Shown here: positions 1-14,302 of the stretch, piece by piece
Layout: the number at the start of each line of letters is the position of its first letter
How positions within the stretch are numbered: position 1 is the first letter of the stretch
From: Lytechinus pictus
Lineage: Eukaryota
Assembly: GCF_037042905.1 (NCBI RefSeq)
Contig: NC_087246.1
Coordinates: 4,404,001-4,468,000 of the forward strand
DNA: 64,000 nucleotides
Reading direction: 5' to 3'
Program-made: the position numbers and the translations under genes
The notes under the pieces: generated by a model
Told to the model about the DNA's origin: nothing
The model's database searches: none
The model's input: only the letters and a program-made list of their open reading frames with translations

Positions 1-3000
1 GCTTTGAAAATGCTTGAATCAAATTTAAAAAGGAACAATTTTACAAAGGGCCCGTTGCCATGGCAACAGCTTATTTCCCTCTAGAAAGGTAAAAATATTG
101 ATAAAAATGTAGAATACATGTACGGTATGATCATCATTCCATTTTCCCTAATTTAAAGGTACTAATCGAGATATGTTTGTGACTAAATTTATAAATATCA
201 CATCTTAAGCCATTGCCATGGCAACCAAATAACATCTAATTTTAAAAAAAAGTGGATGATAAGGTTAAAAACAGGTGAAAGATACAATGAATATTAACTT
301 AATGTGCATTCGTAAGGTCTGACCTACTCAACTAATTTAGGGGAAAATAATACAGTCAGTGTTCTGCATGAACTAATTAAAATGATAAACATTGATGTTG
401 CCTTGGTAATACTTGAATTCAACGATAAATATAAATGTTCCAAATGGCCTGTTGCCATAGCAACGGATCATTTACCCAAGAACATAAGCAGTTTTGATTT
501 AAAAAAAGGACTGTATAATCTGATTTTTCATTCATTTCCCTTAACTTTAGGGTAAGAATAGATATGTTTGCTGTTAACATGCAAATAACATATAAATCCA
601 TTGTCATGGCAACCAAATAACATCTAATTTGAAAAAATATAACATGGTTGACATGATAATGGACAGGTGGAAAATGCAATTTATATCAATTAACTCAAGG
701 TTTGACCCAGTCATTTAATTTTGAACAAAGATTACAGTGTTTCGCATTAGTTCATTAGAATGATGAAATTTGAGGTTGCCTTGGTAATGCTTGAAGTTAA
801 TGATAAATATCAATGTTGCAAATGGGCCGTTGCCATGGCAACGACTCTTTTTTCCCAAGGAAAGCACCAAATTTGATCGAAAAACAGTTTAAAATCTGCA
901 TTTTGTCATAAATTTCCCCTAATTTTAGGGTGCAAAGCATAGATATGTTTGCTGTTGATGTACAAATAACTTAAGCCATTGCCATGACAACCAAATAACA
1001 TCTAATTTCAGTGGCTTAATTTGGTTTCTATGCGATGGTTTTAAGGGTGAAGTAGTACATTGGGACTAGTTACAAGGACAGCCAGTGGTCTGACGTGTCC
1101 AAAACCCTAAGACGGCTTCCAAAAATGGAGTTTGAAGTGGCTGTTGATATATAAATGGACATATAGGTAATTTCCTATCAATCTGAGATATATGATTTTG
1201 GTGTCTAGACCATGGTTTCAATGGTCAAATAATACACTATGACAAGTTGAATGGACAGTCAGTTGTATATTATATAAAAAAATCCAAGATGGCTTCCAAA
1301 AATGGAGTCTAAAATTGCTGTTGCTGCATTAAAAAAGTAGTTTGTTTGATATCCTGGAATATGTTTATGTCATGGTTAAATGGGTCAAATAATACATTAG
1401 GACAAGTAACAAGGACAGTCAGTGGTCAAGTTTGTCAAAAAATGCAAGGTGGCCTCCAAAAATGGAATAGCTCCTGTTACTAACAAATGGACATATTTCG
1501 TGTAATATATGCCAAGGGCATATTATTTTGATATCTAAACCATGGTTTTAAAAGTCAGTAAATACATCATGTACATTGGAACAAGTTACAAGGACAGTCA
1601 GTAATCCAGTGTGTCTAAACATCCAAGATGGCTTCCGACAATTGGAGTCTAATCGGAGTCTGTTACTTAAAAATTGACATAGTTCATTTAAAATCCACCA
1701 AGAAAAAATTATTTCGGTGTTCACACTTTGGTTTCAAGGTTTAAAAAATATGTTTAGACTGGTTACAATGATATCCAGTTGTCAATTTTTTCCTAAAAAT
1801 CCAAGAGGGTTTTCAAAATGGCATCTAAAATGACTTATATCACTCAGAAATTATCTGAGTTCATACAACATCAACACGTGAGAAACATTTTTGGTGTCTA
1901 CACTGTGGTATGAAGGGTCCACTATTACATTAGGACAAGTAACAAGGATGGTTAGTTATCAATTTTGTCCAAAATCCAAGGTAGATTCTAAAATTACATC
2001 AATGGGTGCTGTTGCCAACTCTTACCTGCTTGCATTTTGAATGTAGGCACCAAACTTATTTCTCACAAGTGGATATTACATCCACTTCAAAGTAACAGTC
2101 GTCATTTTAGAACCCATTTATGGAAGCCATCTTGGATTTTCAGGCAAAATGGACAATTGTAACCAGTCCCAAAGTATAATTTGATCCTTGAAACCCTAGT
2201 GTAGACACCAAAATAATATCCCCAGGTGTCCATTTTTTAGTAACATTATAACCCCCATTTTTCAAGTCATCTTTGAATTTTTTGACACAATAATGACACC
2301 TGACTGTCCTTTCAACTTGACCAAATGTACAGTATTACTTGACCCTTTTAAATACTAGTGTAGACACCAAAATCATATCCCCAATGTATATTATTAATGA
2401 ACTATATTATGTCCATATTGAAGTACCAACAGTCAATTTAGACCCTATTTTGGAGGCCATCTTGGATTTTTTAACATACCAGTCCACTGACTGTCCTCGT
2501 AACTTGTTCTAATGCATTAAACCATGGTTTTATGATTATGGTTTAGACATCAAAATCATATTCCCCAGACAGATATTGAGCAAACTATGTCCTAATTTAT
2601 ATTTGACTCTTGAAAATATGGTTTAGACACCAGAATCACATCTCACAGGCGGATATAGAATGAGCTCTGCCAATTTTTAAGAAACAACAGTCAACTTTAG
2701 ACCCCATTTTGTAGCCATCTTGCGTTTTTTAACATACCAAACCACCGACTGTCCTTGTAAGTTGTCCTAATGCATTACTTGACCCTTTAAAATATGGTTT
2801 AGACACCAAAATCATATTCCCCAGACAGATATTCAACAAACTATGTTTATTTGTAAGCAACATTAGACATTGTTTTATATCTTTTTTGGAAGCCATCTTG
2901 GAATTTTGGACATACAAGACCACCGACTGTCCGTGTAGCTTGTCCTAATGTATTATTCACCTTTGAAATCATAGTTTAGACACCAAAATCATATCTCACA

Positions 3001-6000
3001 GGTGAATATAAAATGAGCTATTCCTTTTTTAAGTACCAGCAGCCATTTTATAATTATTTTCGGAAGCCATATTGGATTTTCGGACATACTTGACTGTCGT
3101 TGTAACTTGTCCTAATATTATTAGACTCTTGAAACCAATGATTTAAAGTCAAAATCACTTCCCCTAGGCCAAATTGAAATGAGCTACGTCCGCTTTAGGT
3201 ATCAGCAACCTTTTTAGATTCATTTTTTTGAAGCCATCTTATGTTTTTGGACATTCCAGACCACTGGCTGTCCCTGTAACTTGGCCCTATGTACTATTGA
3301 TCCTTGATAATAACCAATGAATAAAAAACAAATTAAAGCCATTTTATCAAGTAATGGATGAGTTGTGGATTTTTAGCCTACGGCAGCCAGTGAGGGCACC
3401 ATCTTGGATTTTCCTGTTACCCTGGAGTACTTAATTTTTCTTTTCAACCTTTCAACCAGTAAGGGTATTTTAAAGAATTTAGATATTTTGATAAGTCTAC
3501 TTATTATGTAAAATTAGCAGTGAATAGATTATACTTCATGTTGATTAGATTCATAATTATGTTAATTTAAAAATTATCACAGTATTTCAAAATCTCCTTT
3601 GTCAAAATCTGTAGTGTAATTTTGAGGGGTCCAGATATGATGTATTGAGTAAAATTTAGTTTTAAAAGTTGTCAGCTAGCCCAGCGAAAGAGTAAAACTT
3701 TCGAAATTTTTCATTTTTTTTTAACAAAAATAAAATTTTGTAAAAGATTTTGGGTATGTATTCGTAAAATAATCATATCTTATCCATCTCTCTTTCACTT
3801 TCTCTTTATTTTTTTTCTTGGTAATGATTTTTTTTGGGGGGGAGTAGGGTTGCAGAATTTCCGGGAATTTTCTTGATGGAATCTTTTCATGGGAATAAAC
3901 GGGAATATGGTGGGAATTTTTAGCAATTTTTAGCAATTTTCAAGAAATGATGGGAATTTTCAAAAAGTAACAATTTTCTGATATATGCAGTAATTAAAAT
4001 GCGTACTAGCAGATGATATTTGATAATTCTTTGCCATCAAATTTCGAGCCAAGTATTATGCTAAAACAGTCAGACAAAGCAAAATTTTAATGATTTCCAT
4101 GTAAAAGTTGATTTACTGTATTTACATTGATTAGGAGCTCAAGACCATGTCAACTCCTCAGATAGACTTTTGATTTTGATTTATCAACGCCTATAATCCC
4201 CTTATATATTGATATGATGAACGGCCTTAAAGCACAAATCACACCAAGACGCTTTTTTCAAAATGGCAGCCTGCGAATACTTTGAACGAAATTGACCAGC
4301 CTCAAAATTAGAGTTTCGGGAATTTATTTGAGCCCCAAAAAGTCTGATATGATTTTTGTAGGTCTTATTTCGATGCCATGTATATATAATGAAATAAGAT
4401 TGTGCTTATAATTTAGCATATTTATGTTCAGCACCCTCAAACAATGGAAAAGGAAATAAAATAAACATTTTATTTTTATCAAAATTTGTACTTTTAAGGG
4501 CGATTAGCAACAATGATATTTATCATTATGTTCAAGCATTACCAAATCAACATATCGTTAGAAATTATGCATAACACTTAATGTGATTTTAAAATTAAAA
4601 GAGGTCAAACCTTACGCATATTGAATTAATTTCATTGTATTTTCCACCTGTCCATTATCTTGTCAGCCATGTTATTTTTTGGTAAATTAAATGTTATTTT
4701 ATTGCCATGGTAATGTCTTAAGATGTTATTTATACATTAAACAACAGAGATGTACGTGTATGTTTGGCACCCAAAGCTTAGTAGAATTGAATGGAAAATA
4801 AAATTCTACAAGGTATTTTTTATCAAAGATGGTATTTTAGGGGGAATAAAATGACCCTTGCCATGGGAATAGAACATACATTTGTAAACATTGATATCAA
4901 TAAATTCAAGCATTACCAAGGCAACATCAGTTTTTATCATGCTAATGAACTCATGCGGAATACTTACTGTATTTTTTGTTCAAAACTTAATGACTGGTCA
5001 AAGTCAAACCTTATGTAGATTAAGTAAATCTTTACTTTACACTCCACCTGTCCATTATCATTACAACTGTGTTAGTTTGTTTTAAAAATTATATCTTAAT
5101 TGGTTGCCATGGCAATGGCTGAAGATGTTATTTATTTATTCACAGCAAGCATATATATGCTTAGCTCCCTAAAATTGGGGCAAATGAAATAAAAATCAGA
5201 TTTTACAATTTTTTTGTTTATCAAAGATGATACTTTTCTGGGGGGAATGAGCTGTTGCCATGGCAACGGGACATTTGAAACACTAATATTTATCATTAAA
5301 TTCAAGTATTACCAAGGCAACATAATTTTCTTATTCTGATGAACTCATACAGAACTATTACTGAAATTTTTGTTCAAAATTAAATGACCGGCCAAACCTT
5401 TCGCATATTGAGTTATTTGTAATTGTATTTTCCACCTGTCCAAAATCTTGTCATCCAAATCACTATTTTTTTGTATTAGATATTATCTGGTTGCCATGGC
5501 AATAGCTTCAGATGTTATTTATACATTTTGCATCAAACATATCGATGTTTAGCACACAAAGATTAGGGGAAATGCAAGAAAAATCAGATTCTACAGTCCC
5601 TTTTTTTAATCAAAACTGGTACTAAATGATCTGTTGCTATGGCAACAGGCCATTTTGAATATTGTTATTTATTGTTGAATTCAAGTATTACCAAGGCAAC
5701 ATCAATGTTTATCATTCTAATTTAGTTCATGCAGAACACTGACTGTATTATTTTCCCCTAAATTAATTGAGGTGGTCAAACGTTACGCATATGTACATGT
5801 TAATTTTTATTGTATTGTTCACCTGTTCATAAGCTTATCATCTATGTTTTTTTTTTTTTAATTAGATGTTATCTGGTTGCCATGGCAATGGCTTAAGATG
5901 TTATATTTATAAAATTTAGTCACAAACATATCTCGATTAGTACCTTGAAATTAGGGAAAATGGAATGATGATGATACTGTACATGTATTTTACATTTTTA

Positions 6001-6727
6001 GCAATATTTTTACTTTTCTAGAGGGAAATAAGATGTTGCCATGGCAACGGGTCCTTTGCAAAATTGTTTCTTTTTAAATTTAATTCAAGCTTTACCAAGG
6101 CAACATTAATTTTTGTCTTTATAAAGAACTCCTGCAGAACACTTTCTGTATTTTTTGTTCAAATGAGGGGGTCAAATCTTAAGCATACAGATTAAGTTAA
6201 TTACATTTGTATTTTCCACCTGTCCATTGTCTTGTCAAACATGTTATTTTTGTAAATTAGATGTTATTTGGTTGCCATGGCAATGGCTTGAGATGTAATT
6301 TACACATTTAGCAACCAAAATATCTTCGATAAGCACAGTAAAGTTAGGGGAAATTAAAGATAAATCATATTCTACAACGTTTTTTTAATAAATTTTTTTA
6401 TTTTTCTGGGGAAAAACAAGACGTTGCCATGGCAACGGACCAATTGGAACTTTCTTGATGATCTTGAATATTTCTAAATTTCATATGTATTCAATTGGGA
6501 GCCTGAAAATTATCATTTTGGTCATCTATATCATGTTTATTTACCATTTACATGGGAATGCATGTTATTTTGGAGAAATTAATCCGTTGCCATGGCAACG
6601 GCCGAAAATGGCATTTATAAATTTACCTCCCATCTTTAAAATAAATCTTACGGCATATACTAATACTTGTGAAAGTTTCATGCTTTTGTCATAATTTGCA
6701 CAATTGTTCGGCTAATCCGCTTTACTA
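1..6727. mobile_element. Large non-autonomous foldback DNA transposon (Academ-like terminus); left end lies outside the window
   Basis: 1-~1008 is the reverse complement of ~5090-6100. The arms consist of ~380-400 bp subrepeats carrying GTTGCCATGGCAAC. The right end reads TAGTAAAGCGGATTAGCC on the minus strand. No transposase ORF. The superfamily call is tentative. Confidence 0.75.
1010..3430. mobile_element. Nested palindromic element made of ~175-bp subrepeats
   Basis: Units with AAATCCAAGATGGC run on + from 1010-2000 and on - from 2045-3420. 1010-1130 is the reverse complement of ~3220-3343. Confidence 0.75.
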
Positions 6728-7901
6728 AACAGCATCATTTTGAGATTGATTTCTAATAAAGAAAAGTTCGCAAGTTATCATCAGGTCATTGTTGTAAAGG
6801 TCATTTTACCTCTTAGATTGATGAAAATTTTATTTACATACACTCGGAATATCAGAGATTCAAAATATTTTTTTACCCAGTCAGTCTGCAACTGAGCCCC
6901 TGTGTTAATGAGCAAATGAGCAAGATTTATCCAAGTCCTCTCGTGGCTGAATTCATGTCCCTGCAAAATCTCGTGAATTGTGAGACTTTTTTTCTCAAAG
7001 AATTTAACCACTTTCTCCTTGAGTAATATTGACTATGTTTTGTACCATGGGAAAGAGTAAATGTTACTCTTTTATATTGGTTATATCTTTTGAATAAAAT
7101 ATTTTGATAAATAAGTGAAATTTTGGCCTGAAAAGATGCCTCAAACAGAATTTCTTCCTCTGTTTTCACTTGCAAATTGCGCAACATCATGTGTTTTAGG
7201 CACAAACATTATTTATTTCATCAGAAAGCTCAAACTCTATGTTTTCTTACAATGTCACTCTTGATATGTGGCATCTTTTAAATGGGTCAGCAGCCAGCTT
7301 TTCCCACCAAAATGCAAGACGAGATTTCTGAAATTTCTGAGTAGCATAAAATCCAGAGTTCTGATTTGCTGAATACTGTTTTCAAAACAAACAGGCGCGG
7401 GTAATTTGAAGAGATGGTGAGTGTGATCTTGCAGGTGGTGAGTGTGATCTTGCAGAGGCCCAGTGTGGGGAACATTGGAATTTGCGTGGGTGTGTGGTCT
7501 CTATGACCAATCAGAGCGCAGTATTCTTATTTTTGAGCTGCTAAATGTACTTGGCCTATAAAAAGCTGGCTGCTGACCCATCTAAAATACATATTCTTAT
7601 AAAAATTATATCATATTAAAGCTTAGATCTTCAGCTTTATCATAATTTAAAAATCATTTGTGCTCAAACAGAAATTAAGTTTGAAAACAACAACTTTTGT
7701 TGCATGAAAATGATTATTTTGTTTCATGTTTTAGATCAAAAGTTCCCCTATATTAAAAAATCGTTTTAAAAATCCAAACACATGACCTAAAAGAATGATT
7801 CTTCTTCTTTACAAAGATACCAAAAACATGAAATTTGGTCAATATTTAGAGCAGCTAGCAATGGCCGAATAAAAAGAGGTGTTTTGGTCCGCACCAAGCT
7901 C
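6728..7901. mobile_element. Probable DNA transposon fragment with an internal inverted repeat
   Basis: Perfect 21-bp IR ATGGGTCAGCAGCCAGCTTTT at 7282-7302 and 7561-7581. The GC-rich end GGTCCGCACCAAGCTC at 7901 looks like a terminus. Confidence 0.4.
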
Positions 7902-9157
7902 ATTAACAATGCAAAAACCCTCTAGTCATGAATATCACTTGGATAAAAGAAGCTACTTTTTCAGGGCTTGCCGACTGACTGTACCCGCTGTGGTTTGCGG
8001 TCATCCAAACACTGGATTGAAATGGAAAAGACTTGGATTTAAATCATTGGAGAATAAAACTTGTCGAGGTATTATGATAATCTACATTATTGGTTATGTC
8101 ATACCAGGCGAATAAAGTCAGTCAATCATCCCTATATAAATCACGCAATATTAATTACGTAAGCAGGCTATGGTAATGACATCATTTAAAAACAATGACT
8201 AGAATCTATAAGTATCCAGTGTTGTGGAAAAGCCCTGAAACTCAAACCCAGTCACTAACTGCGACCGCGACCTATATGTCCTAGTATTCCATCGAACCTT
8301 CAGCAAATTCATATTCCAGATACTGAAAGTTCGGCTAGTATAATAATTTTATCCCATAAGAAACGTGATTGGGCTGTCATCTTATTTCATTGAAAAAAGA
8401 CGTATCGGTTAGACTAAATGAAATAAGAAAAGTATTAAAGGATATACCTTTGTTGATATCATTATAGATCAAGAGCTTTCAAAGCAATCTCTTTTTTAAT
8501 ACTTGCTTCCCTTTGACGCTCCAAATTAACATATCCATGAGAATAATAAAAGTGTGGTTTAAATGGCACGATTGCACATTTTTATTTTTCTTGTTTAATA
8601 TTGTATTATCATCATGTGGTTATCTAACACGTTAGCGGTATACGAAAAGAAATACTAAGCCATTTTTAGAGAGGTGGAAAGTTGTTTCTTAAGAGCTTTC
8701 AGTAAAGACATTAGTCGCATCTTGAAAGGTGCAAAGTTGATCCTAGTTTTGTGGTGTCCACTTCAAGCATTTCTTATTCATGATAGATAAATTAGCGGTA
8801 GTAATTTCCATACCAAAAATCATTCTTGGGTATAAAGACTATCACTCCAACACACTATGGACTCTGAACTGCTAACGACGAGCCCAAACTGAGGAAGAAC
8901 TTTGGTCCGTTGGTTAAACATTTTTTTTACTCTCGTTCGCTTCTTCGATCATGATGAAAGTTGAATGGTTGATTGAAATATGTTTAATAATCTGATCATA
9001 ATAATAATGATAATTGCCTGATTTACTTTTTCTCAGAATTTTTTTTTTTTAGCTCAAAGAATAATTCCTTCTAAGTACCCATTAAACCTCACCTGCATGG
9101 TTGAGTGTAGCAAAATGTAGATAAATTTAAAAGAATTCATAAACAGACTCCTTGCTG

Positions 9158-9403
9158 CACTGTAAAAAATATTGGGTAAAATTTCAACCAGCACGAGGGT
9201 AATTATATGTCCAACCAATTTGGGGAAGTATTTTACCCAATGCGGGAAGCATATTGTCCAGTGAGGTTAAAGAATAAGCAACAATTACTTGGGCACAAAT
9301 TTCATTACACTGGATAAATAAAAATGCCCCAAAGAAATGTTCAATGTTGGTTGGACACATAATTACCCTCATGGAACATTTTTACCCAATATTTTTTAGA
9401 GTG
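9158..9403. mobile_element. MITE with CACT termini (CACTA/EnSpm-like), family A
   Basis: TIR CACT(G/C)TAAAAAATATTGGGTAAAA and a 2-bp TSD TG. Confidence 0.85.
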
Positions 9404-9567
9404 TGTCGACATCCATTGCTAATTGGTCTATACAAAAACCTCGCCTAATTTCTAGTTGGTCTCATCACAAAAGGTCTATTCCTATTTACTCTCTAACCTA
9501 TTTTGTCTAATTTCCAGTCAGAGTATGCCTATTTTGTCTAATAAATTTAGTGTATCACGACTTAGTA

Positions 9568-9790
9568 CACACTTAAAACGTTGGGCAACATATTGTCCAC
9601 TGTGTTGGGTAATCTATGTTGGTAGAAAATATATATTCTGGGCAATTATTATCCAATTGAGCAAATTTATTCCCAATTATTAGTTTTTATTTCCCATTTT
9701 GGTCAGATTTTAACCAATAGTTGTGTGGACAGTATGTTACCAAGTGATGGTTAAAAATTGGCCCTTTTTTGCCCAAACTTTTTAAGAGTA
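9568..9790. mobile_element. MITE with CAC termini, family B
   Basis: Degenerate TIR CAC(A/T)CTTAAAA..TTGGGCAA, TSD TA, homologous to the copy at 20398-20629. Confidence 0.75.
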
Positions 9791-10236
9791 TATAAAGATT
9801 AACTGTTTTTTAAATCGAATTTCATTTGAGAAAGTTAAAAAAATATGATAGGTAGACTAAGTGAAAATTAGACCAACATTGCACTAAATTGAATGAGAAT
9901 GAGACTAAGGGGGTATCATACAAAATGTGTAGACCAAACAGCAATGGGACCAAATTGATGATGGACCAAATGAGTTTTAGCCCATGTTGTACCCCTTTTT
10001 ACCATTTTCCTTACCTATTCTGCCCTTTCCATTTGTTTTCGTATTTTCTCTCTTGGTCATGGAACTTTTTCTTCAGTGGGGGGGGGGGAGGGTTCAAGTA
10101 CCCCAAGCCCCCATATTTACCACAGTGTCATTAGATTGTGAGTTGTGAGTTGGATGATATAAGTGTGTGTATTATTGGATTAATCTGGGCCCTGGGAACG
10201 ATATTTTGGCTGGGGGTGCTGAAGTAGTCCTAAATT

Positions 10237-12077
10237 CAGGAGCGGATCCAGCTTTCGTCAATAAGGGGGAGGGAGGCGAAAAAAAATGTCACCCATATTT
10301 TACCCGATCGGTCACTCAAAGATGATTTTTGTTTGTTTCTTCGTAACAGTCACTTCTTTATATTCTTATAAAATATAGTAATCTAATGAGCCATATATAA
10401 ATAGTGCGAGCTGATTTTTTTCATGTATCTTGTCCTGAAAATCGAACATTCTGAGCAATGTTTGTGATCCTGAACAAGATCCGTATATAACTGATCGAAA
10501 AGGGACCTGTTGAGGACTGTTTGTAGTTAGGCCATAAAGCGATACATATTCAATATTCAAATAAAGCGAGCGCGAAGCGCGAGCTGAAAATTTTTAACAT
10601 TCCAACCTAAAATATGGAAATTCTAAGCATATTTTGTAATCATGGGCAGGATAGGCATATAACTAAACAATGCGAGCGCATAGCGTGAGCGGGAAAAAGC
10701 CACGAGATTTAGACCTAAAAACGGATCACTCTATTCATACTTTGTAAATCATGACAAGAATGGGTAATTGGGTCTCCTAAATCAATGTTAGCGCGAAGCG
10801 CGAGCAGAAAATTTTAGTCTGAAACTGGATATTATAAGCATGTTTTAATTAAAAAAGAACAAGCTGTGTATCTCAATAAACATGCGTGTGTGTGATTAAG
10901 AGTTATCCCTAGTACCTGGGCATTCTAAATATATTTTTTATCATGAAAATCAATAATGTGATCGCGAAGCGCGAGCTGAAAATATTTCATATTTCTATCT
11001 GAAAAAGGGTCAATTTTCAAGCATTAATATAAGCACTGTGTAGGAAAATCGTGAAGTGGATATTATGAATCGCTCTTAACAAATGATGTGAGCGCGAAGC
11101 GCAAGCTAATATTTTTATTTTGACCTAGGACCTGGACATTCTAAGGACATTTTGTGATCTTATGAAAATGATGACTTTCTTCTATTCCCCTTTCTAAGCG
11201 CGAGATATTCCATTCTGATAAAAAGGACAGCTTTATTATTAGGCATTCATGAAAATGTTATTTTTGTATTTATTAATCTAATAAGCTTAATGACAGCTCG
11301 AAATTTGTTGATATTAATTCCTGAAAACTGGATATTTTAAGCACTTTTGTAATTATGAATAGGATGCATGGGTTATTATATTTTTAACAAATTTTCAATG
11401 AGAGCGCAAACCGCGATGTCATGAAAAGGGGATATCAAGTAGTTTGTTTTTAATTAGAATTGCTTATTATTATAGAGGAAATTATTTAGGTATACATTAC
11501 TCACCAGTCAAAATGCGAGCGCGCAGCGCTGGCTGATAAAATTTGACAATCAAACCTGAAAATTAAGGGATATTTTGAGAACTTTATGGAATACACGAAA
11601 AGAATAGTTACCTGACAAATCAAATAACGCGAGCGCGCACCGCGAGCTGAAAATGGTGATACTGACACAATAAAACGGACATTTTACAGAGCAATTTTTG
11701 AAAATCAATTTATAAATCAAACAAAATAATTAAAGCTCGATGTCGGAGCTGAAATATGTTTTGTATAATGACTTCAAAATTTGACATATTAAGCTCCATA
11801 TCAGCCTATTGAAGAAGAATCTCATGTAGGCCTATCTCATCAAACATGCAATGCAAACGCGAAGCGCGAGTGAAAACTTTTTATAGTGACATGAAAGGTT
11901 TTTCATTTTATTTTCCAAGTCGTCCCCTCACCTCATTTTATTCACCCTTCTTCATCCTCTTATTTTCTTCTCTCTTTTCCCTTCTCTTTTCTTTTTTTTA
12001 ATGCCTCTCCCTTTTTTTTTCTTTGCTCCGTCAATAGGGAGTCTCGGGGCCCCTTGGGTCTCCTGGATCCGCCTATG
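10237..12077 (+). mobile_element. Non-autonomous hAT-like element with periodic GCGAGCGCGAAGCGCGAGC motifs, nested in a smaller MITE (~10185-12310)
   Basis: TIRs CAGGAGCGGATCCAG / CTGGATCCGCCTATG. An inverted second copy starts at 59979. No clear TSD. Confidence 0.75.
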
Positions 12078-14302
12078 TTAATTTGACAAGCAAAAAAAAT
12101 CACTGCAAAATGAAGGACGTTTTGGTGCCAAGAAACTTGATAAGCCAATAAAGGGGTTTCAACACAAGATGTTGGTCATTTTCCATACATTTCTCCTATG
12201 TGACACACCAACCAGAATTCCAGGGGGTGCTGCCTATGGAAAATAATACACGCAGCACTCCCTGCGAAAATCTTGGGGGTGCTTCAGCACCCCCGCTTCC
12301 CAGGTCAATGGGATTAATCCTAATATAACATACCTGCATCTATTTTGCTACAAAACTAATTTCCAACCATGGAATGGGCTGAAAATTTTTGGAATATTTT
12401 TTTTCTTCAAAAAACTTTTATATCTGGTTTGGACTTTGCCTTTAATGATCCTGATCCCAATCACTGAGTGGGAAGATAAGTATTGCAGTTATAATCGCAT
12501 TCTTCCTCTTTGAAAGCCATCTCTCCCATTCTTAATTTTGATCTCATCTTGTTAAATTAATTTGGGGACGTCATTAGCAGCCATCACAAAAGGCATTAAA
12601 ATTGTCATTATATTCAAGGCATCAGCTTTATTTCATAACACGAGATTTATAGGCAATGTTTATTTCAACAATAAAGAGAGGTTCTATTCATCCATCCAAA
12701 TGAGATTTTTTAAAGCTAAATATCATTTCAAAATCCATGTTTCGATTCATCCCAAGGTAAAGAGTTAAATGTTTTAATTAGATTTTGAACATCGAGATGC
12801 AGCACAAATCTTTTCTGAATTCCAGAACTTTAATAAGTATCTATAAATTTCAAACAATTAGAAGATATTTGTAGCTTAATTCTAGATTCGATTTTCCAGA
12901 TTGCATTGAGTTTATGTTGTGCACATTTGATTCATTTTAGTTTTCCAGATACCGTTTTGAAAAAAGGTGAGTTATTACATCAAAAACATTAATATCATTA
13001 AAAGGGTAAATTTCAGTTCATTTGATTTGGCCAATAAACGCAATCTTATATGAGTAACAAAATATTTAACTTTTGATTTCAAGGCAAGAACAAATCTCGG
13101 AGAGTTACCTCGAAACTGACTGCAGCCTTATGTTCCTCAGCGATGTTAACCCTATACGATTTGTAAAGTGTGTGTGCGTGTATGTGTGAGAGAGAGAGAG
13201 GGGAGGGGGGAGATGGAAAGAAAAAAAATCGAGTAGATTCATATAACATTTTGGAATAGTCTATTTTTAGATCACTTGGAATGTTTTTTTTTTTTAATAA
13301 TAGATATGCGAATTGATTTTAACTTTGATCACTTTCTAAAAATAACTTGAAAAGCTTTTAGAAAAAAGCTTATTGATACGAATGATAAATAGCGAGACGC
13401 ACAAAACACTAAAGATTAACGAGGGGGGAAAAGAGGGCCAACCATTATTTACAATGAATCATCATTTGACGTCAGCAAAACAACTTTACTGGAATTCGAT
13501 CTTTTTGTTCGTGAGTGTTCTATTATGTGGAGTCCTTGAAAAATCACTGGTGTGTATAGCTTTAGTATGAGGTTCAATCAGAGGAAAGGCACTGAATAGC
13601 GTAAAGCTTACCGAACCATTTATGGGCATCCGTCGGACATGTAAATAAATACCAGTGAATAAGTAATGTAACGTGAAATAAAAAGGAATCGTTTGAAATA
13701 GTTCTGAAAAATTGCTCTCATGAATACAAGAGGAATGATATCGAATAATACTTGGCGAATTTGTACAAATGCTGTCGGTAAATTTATCAGGTATTAGCAA
13801 AACCATAAGAAAATGAAATTTCGTTAGGCTCGAATTGGAATTAATCTAATCACAAGCCAAGTTTCGCTTTAACACTTGGGAGAAGAATTATAGTAACATA
13901 CTATTCTTCAAAGGGATATCCCCTTTTTCTCTGAGCGGCGGATTTTGATTTGCGGTAATGAAATGGACAGGAAGGTTTTTGCTCCTTTTAATTTCCCAAA
14001 CTAGAAAAACTCAGATCTAATCTTGGTGTAAATATCAACGGTATACCACCTTTAATTTCTAACATGACAATGAGAAATGAAAAGTTAGAGAATAAAATTG
14101 GTTTCTGGAGACCATTAAAACTAGACTGGCAATATGCGTTTTAAACCACAAATAAATTATTAGAAGCTAATACATTGCAGCAGTTATATCAAATTTGAAT
14201 AATAATCACTGGTTATGTATTATGATTCTATGACTTCTTATACCACTTTAGGATATGAAATATATAGTTTGATCATAGGCATAAATGTTGGTTGGTTGGC
14301 TA

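Noticed and set aside
10560..11870. Repeat-spacer pattern resembling a CRISPR array
   Set aside because: The repeats are degenerate, the spacers are over 90 bp, variable and mutually similar, the array sits inside TIRs, there are no cas genes and the context is eukaryotic.
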